From positions 7,070,001-7,134,000 of the forward strand of contig CM075991.1 in the NCBI GenBank assembly GCA_038087875.1: a stretch of DNA of 64,000 nt, in the 5' to 3' direction. The notes beneath the pieces were generated by a model that had not been told where the DNA came from, did not search any database, and was given only the letters and a program-made list of their open reading frames with translations. Origin of the DNA: Malacoraja senta. Taxonomy: Eukaryota. Below, piece after piece: positions 25,744 through 36,381 of the stretch. Numbering within the stretch: the stretch's first letter is position 1; every line of letters begins with the position of its first letter. The translations under genes were made by a program, and so were the position numbers.

Positions 25744-25904
25744 TTAAGAAGGAACTGCAGATGCTGGAAAATCGAAGGTAGACAAAAGTGCTGGAGAAAC
25801 TCGGCGGGTGCAGCAGCATCTATGGAGCGAAGGAAATAGGCTATTTCCTTCGCTCCATAGATGCTGCTGCACTCGCTGAGTTTCTCCAGCACTTTTGTCT
25901 ACCT
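25744..25904. mobile_element. Near-perfect fold-back Penelope mini-element lacking the hammerhead core
   Basis: inverted arms of about 65 bp; 13-bp TSD tcaccttgagcat at 25731-25743 and 25905-25917. Confidence 0.9.
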
Positions 25905-26525
25905 TCACCTTGAGCATCATGGCTGATATCAATGACAGAATCTGAACCCTGCCCTGTTTTCAAGCTACACTGAAGTTGGAAAGAAGCAAAACAGAAATAG
26001 AAGAATGGACAATTTATTTTTCACTGCATTATTTCCCTGAATGACACAAAGTATTTCTTTCACAACATTAAAAATGAAATCGTTATCCGAGTTAAAACAA
26101 GTAAAAAGAAACCAGTCCTTAATATAATTTCACCATCAGTTTATTATTAGGATATTTCTGTGATTGCATTTGGGGGAGAAAATATTCTTCGCTATCCTTT
26201 AAAAAGGAGATACAAAGTGCTGGAGTAACTCTGCAGGTCAGGTAGCATCTCTGGAGAACATGGATAGGTGACGTTTTGGGTTGGGATCCTTCTTCAGACT
26301 TGATTATCCTTTGCAACATAAGAAGTTCAACATCATTATTCCAGCTGTAATTTAGTTGCTCAAGAAACCTAAAATTTAGAAGAAGGGTCTCGTCCCAAAA
26401 CGCCACTTGTTCCTTTTCTCCAGAGATTGAGTTATGCCAGCATTTTGTGTCTATCTTTGGTTTAAACCAGCATCTGCAGTTCCTTCCTACACTAAAAGCT
26501 ATCTGCAGTTCCTTCCTACACTAAA

Positions 26526-26728
26526 AGGGGGAGTGCAGTGGAGAGATATGTTTTTTTTGCCTTCCATCACAGCGTTGTGATGGATGTATGTGTAAATTGT
26601 GTTGTGTCTCGGGTCTTCTTCGTTTTGTATTGTATGGCTGCAGAAACGACATTTCGTTTGGACCTCAAGGGGTCCAAATGACAAATTTGTCCAAAAGACA
26701 AATAAATTGAATTGAATTGAATTGAATT
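26526..26728 (+). mobile_element. 3' part of GC-rich hairpin-family retroposon
   Basis: gccttccatcacagcgttgtgatggatgt..tgtatggctg..tttcgtttggacctc; (ATTGA)n tail. Confidence 0.6.
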
Positions 26729-27570
26729 AAAAGCTATCAATTTGGGAAAAAAATTAATTGCAGTTTTCTGCAATAGATTAATATCAATAGTGTATTCACG
26801 TAATGCTGATAGAAATATCATATGAGGAGAATGCTCTATAAGACATTTTACAGTGGCCATAAACAATAAAAGATCGCCATTTCTTTGAGGCTGTTGTATG
26901 GGGTTCATATAGGGAAGATAGACGCAAAATGCTGGAGTAACCCAGTGGGACAGGCAGCATCTCTGGAGAGAAGGAATGGGTGAGGTTTTGGGTTGAGACC
27001 CTTCTTCAGTCTACAGGTTTATATAAGGTATTGTTTTTTTTTTTCAGATTCTGATATTAACTTTCCATATATTGCTCACTTTTTTACTTCACTTTAATTT
27101 CCTATTACTACATTTTATATTGAGAGAATTGATTTTATTCGTGGTGGATATATTGTGCGGCCTACTGTGAGAATTCCAGGCTTATCTTTCAATAGTCTCG
27201 CAAGGATCATTTTCTAGTTCTGAGGCAGTCCCTGAGGATCAAGGTTAGCTTACTTCCGCTGTGGTTTTGTGGTTTCTAAGATGGTTAACAAGGCCATCGA
27301 GGAAACTGTAGATCTTCCACAGATCGGGCATGTGGGTATACTCAGGGCCTATGTGCATGGGCTTGTGGTTCATTTTATCATACCAATTGCTTCATCTGAG
27401 CAGTCAAAGGCTGGGGATTGCCAGGAATCAGTTTCTTCAAAGAGCATCCTTTAATCTTTTCTTCAGTCTACCGGATGGTCTCTCCCTATGCCAGTACCTG
27501 GAATAGATTGGCTGCTTTGGAGTGTGATGTGGAGCCCGTCAAAGTACTGAATGGGTCATGGTTTAATTGT

Positions 27571-27690
27571 CTGAAGAAGAGTCTCGATCCGAAACATTAC
27601 CCATCCCTTCTCTCCAGAGATGCTGCCTGTCCCCTGAGTTACTCCAGCTTTTTGTGTCTATCTTCAGTTTAAACCAGCATCCTTCCGACA
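27571..27690 (+). mobile_element. Penelope mini-element starting at the hammerhead core
   Basis: 14-bp TSD catggtttaattgt at 27557-27570 and 27691-27704. Confidence 0.85.
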
Positions 27691-27702
27691 CATGGTTTAA
27701 TT

Positions 27703-27994
27703 GTGGTGCAGCTGGTAGAGCTTCTGTCTCACAGCGGCAGTGACCGAGGTTCGATCCTGACCTTGGGTGCTGTTTGTGTGTTCGCACTTTCTCTCCCTGA
27801 CCACGTGGGTTTCCCCCCACATTCCAAAGACGTGCGGGTCTGTAGGTTAATTGGCCTCTGTAAATTGCCCTTGGTATGTCGGGAGTGGACGAGTAAGCGG
27901 GATAACATATAACCAGTGTGACAATGGTCGGCGAGGACTTGATGGGCCGAAGGGCCAGTTTCCTTGCTGTATCTCTTAACGAAAACAAAACTAA
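27703..27994 (+). mobile_element. HE1-like SINE (older)
   Basis: gtggtgcagctggtagag..ggttcgatcctgacc..ccaaagacgtgc..gggccgaagggcc. Confidence 0.8.
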
Positions 27995-28023
27995 ATAACT
28001 GAAATGGAGATGCCCGGAGATAG

Positions 28024-28209
28024 TGTAGGAAGGAACTGCAGACGCTGGTTTAGACCGAAGATAGACACAGAATGGTGGAGTACCTCAGCGGGACAGGCAG
28101 AATCTCTGGAGATGGTCTGAAGAAGGGTCTTGACCCGAAACATCACCCATTCCTACTCTCCAGACGTTCTGCCTGTCCCGCTGAGGTACTCCAGCATTTT
28201 GTGTCTATA
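28024..28209. mobile_element. Fold-back Penelope mini-element (putative source of the 44.2-44.6 kb copy)
   Basis: inverted arms joined at ctggagatggtctgaagaaggg; flanking repeat cc(c/t)ggagata. Confidence 0.8.
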
Positions 28210-28823
28210 CCTGGAGATAAGTCTGGAAATTATATGTGTCCCTACGTAGAAGGGAAGAAGCAGTTTTATTGTGAGTCTCTGGGTGGAGATATTCTATTGA
28301 ATACTAAGGCCAAAACAGAATGGTGTACAGAATGGAGCACACCATGGAGGCTTTACATGCTGCTCCCAATGCAGTAAATTAGACAATGGTGTGTAACTGA
28401 GATCCATGCCCAATATCCAAGAGTCTGGCTGTTGCCATGTTTCATCCATGCATTCACTGTAACCCACAGCAACATTCTTTCAGTTGCCTGAATGTCAATT
28501 TTAAAATGTATGCCACTTTGCGCTGAGATAGTTAAACAATTTAGGATCCTACTTTCTCTTCATTTGATAGAGATGCTCATCTCAATTTGGGGCAATCTGC
28601 AGCCACGGATTAAGAATGAAATGTCCCCAATGCTTGCAGAGAGAAAACAGTCGTGCAATGATCTGTGTGACTTTTAATATCACTGCATTTGCTTTATTCA
28701 AATCTCATTACATTTTGCTTGGCGAAATGAGGCAACCGGAGGGTACATTCTAAAAGGGTACAAGAATGGAAAGGGCTGGAATTACTTAGTACATATCTAT
28801 TATGCAGAGTACAAAGTACTGAG

Positions 28824-29550
28824 TTGTGTAGGAAGAAATTGCAGATGCTGGTTTATACTGAAGATAGGTTATACCGAAGATAGACATAACATGCTGGAGT
28901 AACTTAGCGAGTCAGGCAGCATCTCTGGAGAAAAGGGATGGGTGACGTTTCGGGTCAGAACCCTTCTTCAGACTCAAATTTCAGACAAATGGGAACCACC
29001 TCACTTGTAAATTTATTTGCATTTGAACACTCTTGAGACTTGGAGAAATAAAGAACTGCAGAGTGGAAGAAGGATCTCAACTTGAAACGTCACCCATTCC
29101 TTCTCTCCAGAGATGCTGCCTGTCCTGCTGAGTTACTCCAGCATTTTGTGTCTATCTAAAGAACTGCAAATGCTTGTTAATACATAAAAAGACACAAAGT
29201 GCTGGAGTAACTCAGTAGGCCAGGCAGCTTCCCTGGAAAACATGGATAGGTGATGTTTCGGGCCGAGACTGTTTTTGACAAATGTCTCCTATTCATAGTG
29301 TTTAAGAAGGAACTGCAGATGCTGGAATATCGAAGGTAGACAAAAGTGCTGGAGAAACTCAGCGGGTGCAGCAGCATCTATGGAGCGAAGGAAATACGCA
29401 ACGTTTCGGGTCGAGATCCTATTGAGTCTGAAGAAGGGTCTCGACCCGAAACGTTGCCTATTTCCGTGGCTCCATAGATGCTGCCTCACCCGCTGAGTTT
29501 CTCCAGCATTTTTGTCTACCTGCTGAGATACTCCAGCACTTTGTGTCCTA
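28824..29550. mobile_element. Cluster of nested Penelope mini-elements (A and B)
   Basis: several inverted copies; a B fold-back at about 29301-29520 lies inside an A copy; intact core at 29428-29455. Confidence 0.75.
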
Positions 29551-30254
29551 TTGTGACTTGTAACAGTTGTCATCCCTATCTCACTGCAGCATGGGAACAC
29601 TAATCAGTGGAATGAGACTAACAACACGGTTTATCAAGTTGTCTAATTGACTCTCGAGGAAGAACAATTATTGTACTTGAATTTATATATTGTCTACTCT
29701 CTACAAAGTTGCTTGATTTAGAATATTGGATAAGACATGTGTTTTAGCACTGAATTCCTGATGTGATGTATTATTAATGTTGCTTAACTCAAATTGTTGG
29801 GGTAATTCAATTTTCAAGTGTGAAAAAACCCTCCTTTGATGTGAGGTGTAGACGTTAGCACCCCAGGGTGCCTCAAGGTGCCCTGCAGTCAACAAATTGA
29901 TTTTTAAGTACTATCATTGATGCTATACTGGCAAAACCAGCAGTCGATATTTTTGCATATTGCAGTCATTACTGTCTTAATATTGAGCAATTCCATTATA
30001 TTGTACGCATACAGCATAAGCTGTGTCCACTTGCTTATCAAGTTTAAAGGAAATTAGGTAGGTGTTGCATTACATGGGAAACATCCTCCTCAGGGCCCTT
30101 GTATAGTGACACAGTTGCTAGAGTGCATCTCACAGCAAGCGTTCCTCCATCTCGGAGAGTGTACGGTGCTATCACATCAGTTTATATGTGGTCAGCTTGA
30201 ATTTTCAACCCGCCTGATTCATAAACCCTGGATAGGCACAAAATGCTGGAGTAA

Positions 30255-30583
30255 AGCCCCTGTCCCACTTTCCCGAGTTACTCACGAACTCTCCCGAGTT
30301 TTCCCCTTGATTCAAACTCGGAGAATTTCGGTAATAGCCATTCGTAGGTACTCGGGGCTATTTCTTTTACTCGTGGACATTTTTCAACATGTTGAAAAAA
30401 CGTCCCGACTTACCTGATGCCCCAAGTTCCTACGGCTGGCATTACGAGCCACTACGAAACATCTACGGACTCCTACGGCCTCCTACAAGCTTGCTACCGA
30501 CACTCCCCGACATTCCCCGAGTTCGAATCAAGGGGAAAAGTCGGGAGAGTTCGTGAATAACTCGGGAAAGTGGGACAGGGTCT
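30255..30583. mobile_element. PIF/Harbinger-like MITE 4
   Basis: TIRs of about 55 bp (agcccctgtcccactttcccgagtta..); inserted in Penelope gctggagTAActcagc, flanks TAA/TTA. Confidence 0.85.
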
Positions 30584-30682
30584 TTACTCAGCGAGACAGG
30601 CAGCATCTCTGGAGAGAAGGAATGGGTGATGTTTTAGGTCGAGACCCTTCTTCAGACTACAGGTTTATATCCTGCAGAAGTT

Positions 30683-31522
30683 TTTAGATGACTCTGCAAT
30701 TGTGGGCTGCATCAGGGAGGGGAGGGAAGGTGAATACAGAGATGAAGTCAACAACTTTGTTGAGTGGTGTGAGCTGAATCACCTGCAGCTCAACACCAAC
30801 AAGACTAAGGAGTTGATGGTGGACTTTGGGATGAGAGGAACACCCCTGTCTCCATCAATGGTGTGGATGTGCAGTTAACCAGGGAGTACAAATACTTTGG
30901 AGTGTACCTGGACAGTAAACTGGACTGGTCCAGGAACGCTGAGGCCCTGTACAAGAAGGGACAGAGCCACCTGCACTTTCTGAGGAGGCTCCGCTCTTTC
31001 AATGCCTACAGTAAGATGCTGCAGATGTTCTACCGATCGCTGGTGGCCAGTGCCATCTTCTTCACTGCCGTGTGCTGGGGCAGCATTGCGAAGGTTGCGG
31101 ATGCCAAGAGGATCAACAAACTCATCAGGAAAGGCTGGCTCCGTCCTGGTGGGCAGAGTTGGATTCATGAGAGGTGGGTCTTGGAGGTGAGGATGCTCCT
31201 CAAACTGCAGAGCATCCTGGACAATACAGTTCACCCCCTCCATGACACACTGGTCAACCTGAGGAGCACCTTCAGCAAAAGACTAGTTCCACCAAGATGC
31301 AGCACTTCTTCAAAGTGGCTATCAAACTGTACAACTCCTCCCCCTTCTATCATGGGGTAGACTGAGTCTGACACCCCCCCCCCCCCCCACCCCTCCAATC
31401 TTTGCACATCCCCCAAAGCTTTCCACTCGTCACTTTTATTTCATGTTTCATGTATTTTGTGTTTTTATGACTGTTGGCAAATCAATTTCCCTCGTGGGAT
31501 AAATCTAGTTCTATCGTATCGT
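30683..31522 (+). mobile_element. Rex1/Babar-clade LINE 3' fragment (frameshifted RT)
   Basis: DDSAIVGCI..NHLQLNTNKTKELMVDF; YKYFGVYLDSKLDWS..KKGQSHLHFLRRLRSF; (TCGTA)n tail. Confidence 0.9.
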
Positions 31523-32240
31523 ATTGTTGCTTTACAGATTCTGATTTTAACTGTCTGTACATTGCTAACTTTTTTACTGCATTTTAATTTTCTATTGCCA
31601 CATTTCATGATGAGGGAATTGTTTTTATTCGAAACCGGGTCTCTGTTGCGCTGTTAGACAACATCTCTACTGCTGCGCCACCGTGCCGCCCATGTTCCAA
31701 AGTGCTTTGTGGCTGGTGATATATTTTCGAAGTGAAGTCACCGAAAGGCTGCGGAAGGTGATAAAGCAGTGACAATATTCCTGAACTCTCAAGATCCACG
31801 TTCTGAGGATTAAGCCAAATCCTGTGGCTTGGGAAAATGTTCCAAGCCCCTGTGGTCGATATACAGAGAGGCTAAACAGCAGAGTGTCTCCCAACAGGGT
31901 TAGAATGAGGGAGATTAATTTATAAATGGCAGATCGAGTTTGAAGTGGACGTGTTTCCACGAATGTCATGCATTAAGCATTCACTGTGTATCTCGGAGGA
32001 CAAGCTTAATGAGGTCATTATGTTTGTGTTCTCAGTGAGCAGACTGCTGATGTAAACCTGTGTCATATTCACCCTGAAGAAAGTTAATCCGTTCTCTGAT
32101 CGCTAAGTGATAAGTGTCTTCTGTGAAATATCTGATGAGCTCCTCAAATCTTGGAGGCGAAGAACCTGCAGCTGTTCTTAATCTCATTGTTCTTAATCTC
32201 TCCACATCACCGCCTATCTCTCTCATTATCCCTAACCAGT

Positions 32241-32268
32241 CTGAAGAAGGGTCTCGACCCGAAACGTC
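32241..32268 (+). ncRNA. Minimal type I hammerhead ribozyme core in Penelope terminal repeat (representative intact copy)
   Basis: CTGAAGA-A-GGGTC.TC.GACCC-GAAA-C-GTC: CUGANGA and GAAA boxes, helix II, palindromic ACGT in place of helix III, GUC triplet. Confidence 0.75.
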
Positions 32269-32807
32269 ACCCATTCCTTCTCTCCAGAGATGCTGCCTGT
32301 CCCGCTGAGTTACTCCTGCTTTTTGTGTCTCTCTGCAGCTGTTTTACTTTGTGTCCCACATGTGGCTTTGCCCCATTGCTGGTGTGCATCACAGTCTAGA
32401 GGTCAGCATGTGTGATCGCTCCGCTACTGGAGGCTCAGGAGCAACCTACACATGACTCCCACACTCAGACTTCAATAGCAATTGTAGTTTATAGATACAG
32501 TTCATTCGGCTTATCAAGTCTACTCTGCCATTCAATCATGGCTGATCTATCTTTCCCTCTCAACCCCATTCTCCTGCCTTCTCCCCATAACCTTTACCAA
32601 TCAAGTATCTGTAAATCTCTGCCTTAATGCTGTGTGACTATGATTAGACGGAGGTAACTTAAATGAGGCCTCTTAGATCTCATTCCTACAGGGGCCTCAT
32701 GTGAATCCCATTTGTTAGCTGCGTTTTGACTACTTGGTGACATTTTCAGTGTGTGGTACCCATTGTAAAGCACACTTGTAGCTTTCAATACTTAGTAGCA
32801 TCATCCT

Positions 32808-33127
32808 TGTTTAGTTTGGTTTAGAGATACAGTGTGGAAACAGGCCCTTTGGCCCATCGAGTCCGCGCCGACCAGCGATCCCCACACATTAACACTATCC
32901 TACACACACTAGGGACATTTTACAATTATACCAAGCCAATTAACCTACAAACCTGTACGTCTTTGGAGTGTGGGAGGAAGGCGAAGATCTCAGAGAAAAT
33001 CCATGCGGTCACGGGGAGAACGTACAAACTCCGTACAGACAGCACCCGTAGTCAGGATCAAACCTGGGTGTCTGATGCTGTGATGGCTGTAAAGCAGCAA
33101 CTCCACCGCTGTGCCACCGTGCCGCCC
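32808..33127 (-). mobile_element. HE1-like SINE, full length
   Basis: complete head (gtgccaccgtgccgccc), V-domain and tail. Confidence 0.9.
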
Positions 33128-34436
33128 GAATAGTGGATTCTGCTTTGCACTTTGCACTTTGGGGCTAGGCAATGACCTTTGAAGTTCGACATGAGCGGGT
33201 GAGGGATCCAAAGCAGATTCCTCATCTCACCTTACAAGGAGGTGCCCAACAGGTCTTGGGGGGAGGTGACCAAGCAGCTAGATGCGTGAAGGATGCATGG
33301 TACAATGTGATAATATGTTTACCTCTTGCCAATCTGTATGTTAGACAGTGAAATGGAGAAAACTACTCTACTGGAAGAAAAACTCTGTTCAAAGCTCTGG
33401 TGTAAAGATGTAGCAAGTTCACAAGTTCAGCCTTTAGTAGGAGGATCTACCATGGGCACCGTTTGTTGCTTGAACGTTGATCCAGGTCAGGGATTAAGTT
33501 GGAATCTGCTTTCAATTTGTGTGACATGGAAGTGGAAGCCAGCACCACTACAAGGGTCACCGCTGAGTTTATGGGAGAATTAGCCCTCATTTTTAATGAC
33601 ACCATAACATGTGAGCAGCCAGGAAATCGGCGAGAGACCTGAATGACTCATTGCTGGCCAACTAGGTATTGAATAAGGAAGGGTCTCGACCCAAAACATC
33701 ATCCCTTCCTTCTCACCAGTCCCTTCTCGCTTGTCCCGCTGAGTTGCTCCAGCATTTTGTGCCTATCTTGACTTGATTTGCCAACATGATTTGCTCTGAA
33801 GGTATAGAATCAGCCCCAATACCCTTCACATTACATCAAGCAGCGTTACAGGTGCAATTCACCTTAAGATTCAGCAGTTCTTTTGCCGCTTGCTCTCGGA
33901 TACATCAGTTAATTCAGAGGAAACTAAACATCAGTTGCAAATGTCAGAAAATGGAAGCTATTCCTTCAAATGCCCCGGAGCACAACTGGAAAATGTCTTC
34001 CTCTTGTTCAGCACCTGCCCACAACATTGCTCCCAGAGCAAAAACCAAAGATACTTGGCTAATAAATGTTTACCTCATCATGTCCTTGGTGTAGATGCAC
34101 AAACAATGAGTAACAGAATTGTTCATAGCCTCCAGCAATTTGCTGAAACTTTTGGATTGCTAATTTATTGAGCCTCTGCGGATTTTGATTTGTTTTATTT
34201 TGCTTCTAGTATCCCCCTTTGATATTTTCAAGGAAAACTTCTAAAATTGTTTCATAATGTAAGAAGATTATACTGATGGTTGAGAGCACAGGACACACTC
34301 TGAGGCTTAAATGCATCCCAGGAGCTGCACAGAGCAACAAGATGACTCACTAAAAGAAACAGGCAGTAAATGCTGGGCTTATCTCTAAATAAGATATCTG
34401 CAAAAACCCCACACAAAAACCTGATCCGATCCATAA

Positions 34437-34687
34437 CTGCTACGGGTGCTGTTTGTACGGAGTTTGCACGTTCTCCCCATGACTGCGTGGGTTTTCCCCA
34501 GGTGCTCCAGGTTTCCTCCCACGCTCCAAAGACGTACAGGTTTGTAGGTTAATTGGCCTTGGTAAAAATTGTAAATGATCACCAGTGTTTTGGATAGTGC
34601 TGGTGTACGGGGTTTGCTGGTCGGCATGGACCCGATGGGCCGAAGTGCCTGTTTCCCCGCTGTAACTCCAAACTAAACTGAACTGAA
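34437..34687 (+). mobile_element. HE1-like SINE, 5'-truncated
   Basis: ctacgggtgctgtttgtacggagtttg..ccaaagacgtacaggtttgtagg..(CTRAA)n. Confidence 0.85.
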
Positions 34688-34999
34688 CGCTGCACTGCGA
34701 AAGGTGCCGATCTTTGGAGGAAGTGTAGAGGCCCACTTTTTGGTTTAATAGGGACTTAATGATCTTAGCTCATTAATCAAACAACTGGGGAAATTGTCTT
34801 GTCTAACATTTGGCCCTTTGCATTAACAATGTATATTACCTCGTTATTTATCTTGAGTGCACAGAGTTTTTACCTTAGTAATAATGGATACACTTGAAAA
34901 CCAAACCCTTTGGGATGTTTACACTAAATATGGGTGTAAATTGTGGGTTTGCAGTATGAGACTTGACTGACTCCAGCTCTTGACCTATGAGAGCATCTG

Positions 35000-35243
35000 A
35001 GAAGGAGGGAACTGCAGGCGCTGGTTTACACTGATGCTAAACACAAAATGCTGGAGTAACTCAGCGGATCAGGCAGCATCTCTGGAGAAAAGGAATAGGT
35101 GACGTTTCGGGCCGAGACCCTTCTTCACAGTGTGAAGAAGTCTCAAGTCCGAAGAAGGGTCTCAACCCGAAACGTCACCTATTTCCATTTCTCCAGAGAT
35201 GCTGCCTGACCTGCTGAGTTACTCCAGCATTTTGTGTCTATCT
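35000..35243. mobile_element. Fold-back Penelope mini-element with stuttered core
   Basis: arms meet at cccttcttcacagtgtgaagaagtctcaagtccgaagaagggtctc. Confidence 0.8.
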
Positions 35244-36036
35244 AGGAAAGTATCTCATTAATAATTAAAATCCATTGTGTTAATTTGTGATATTCAATTG
35301 TTTTTAATTCATTTGTGGGATTTAGGTATTGCTGGCAAGGCCATGATTTATTAACCATCTGTAATTGCCATTGAGTAAAGGGTTGGTGAGACGCCTTCTT
35401 AAACTGTCGCAGATCTCGTGAAGATGCTCCCAAAGGTATATGAGCGCCGGTATATGGGACTAGGGGAGAATACGTGTTCGGCACGGACTAGAAGGGTCGA
35501 GATGGCCTGTTTCCGTGCTGTAAATTGTTATATGGTTATATGGGTTAGACGATGACGTTTTGACCCGGTGAAGGTAAAGGATGAAGGATATATTTCTCAG
35601 TCCGAATGATTTGGAGAGGAACCTGTAGGTGTCACCATATAGCTGCTTCCGTCAGTTGTTGGCGGTTAAAGCCATGGGTGTGTGCTGTGCACTGAAGTAG
35701 CCTGGGTGAGTAACAACAGTGGATTTCATAGGTGGAGTTAAGTGATACAGCGTGGAAACATCTCAACGTGAGGGCTAATCAAATGCCGCAAATGAGGACT
35801 AACACTGGATTTTAAATATAAATGAGATGCTCTTGTAGGTCAAAAGCTGGTGTTAGTCAAGTTTCATACTGCAAACCCACACTCAGAAACATCTCAAATG
35901 AAATTTACACTGATATAGTGTAAACATCTCAAATGACTTGGATTTCTAGTGTATCCATTATTACTGAGGCAATAACTCTGGCTCTTCAGCCCACTGAGTT
36001 CACACCAACCATTAATCACTCCTGTAGAACTCCTGT

Positions 36037-36381
36037 TTAGAGATGCAGCGTGGAAACAGGCCCTTTAGCCCACCGAGTCCGCACTAACATGATCACCCAT
36101 ACACGTGTTTGGCGTAGACTCGGTGGGCCAAAGGGCCTGTTTCCATGCTGCATCTCTCAACTAAACTAAAGGAGTGCTTAATAGTTGATGGAAACTCAGT
36201 CCTACGAACTAGAGACATTTTACAGAGGACAATTAACCCCCAAATCCACACGTCTTTGGAATATCGGAGAAAACCCATCCAGTCTCAGGGTGAACATGCA
36301 AACTCCGTACAGAATAGACAGAATTGAACCCGGGTCCCTGGTGCTTTAAGGCAGCAACTCTACCGCTGCACCACTGTGCCT
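36037..36381 (-). mobile_element. Decayed, rearranged HE1-like SINE
   Basis: tail present in both orientations at 36037-36170; head gcagcaactctaccgctgcaccactgtgcc. Confidence 0.7.

Noticed and set aside
25744..25904. DNA-transposon MITE or pre-miRNA
   Set aside because: The arms are Penelope terminal-repeat sequence, unequal in length, with a long variable TSD typical of target-primed insertion.
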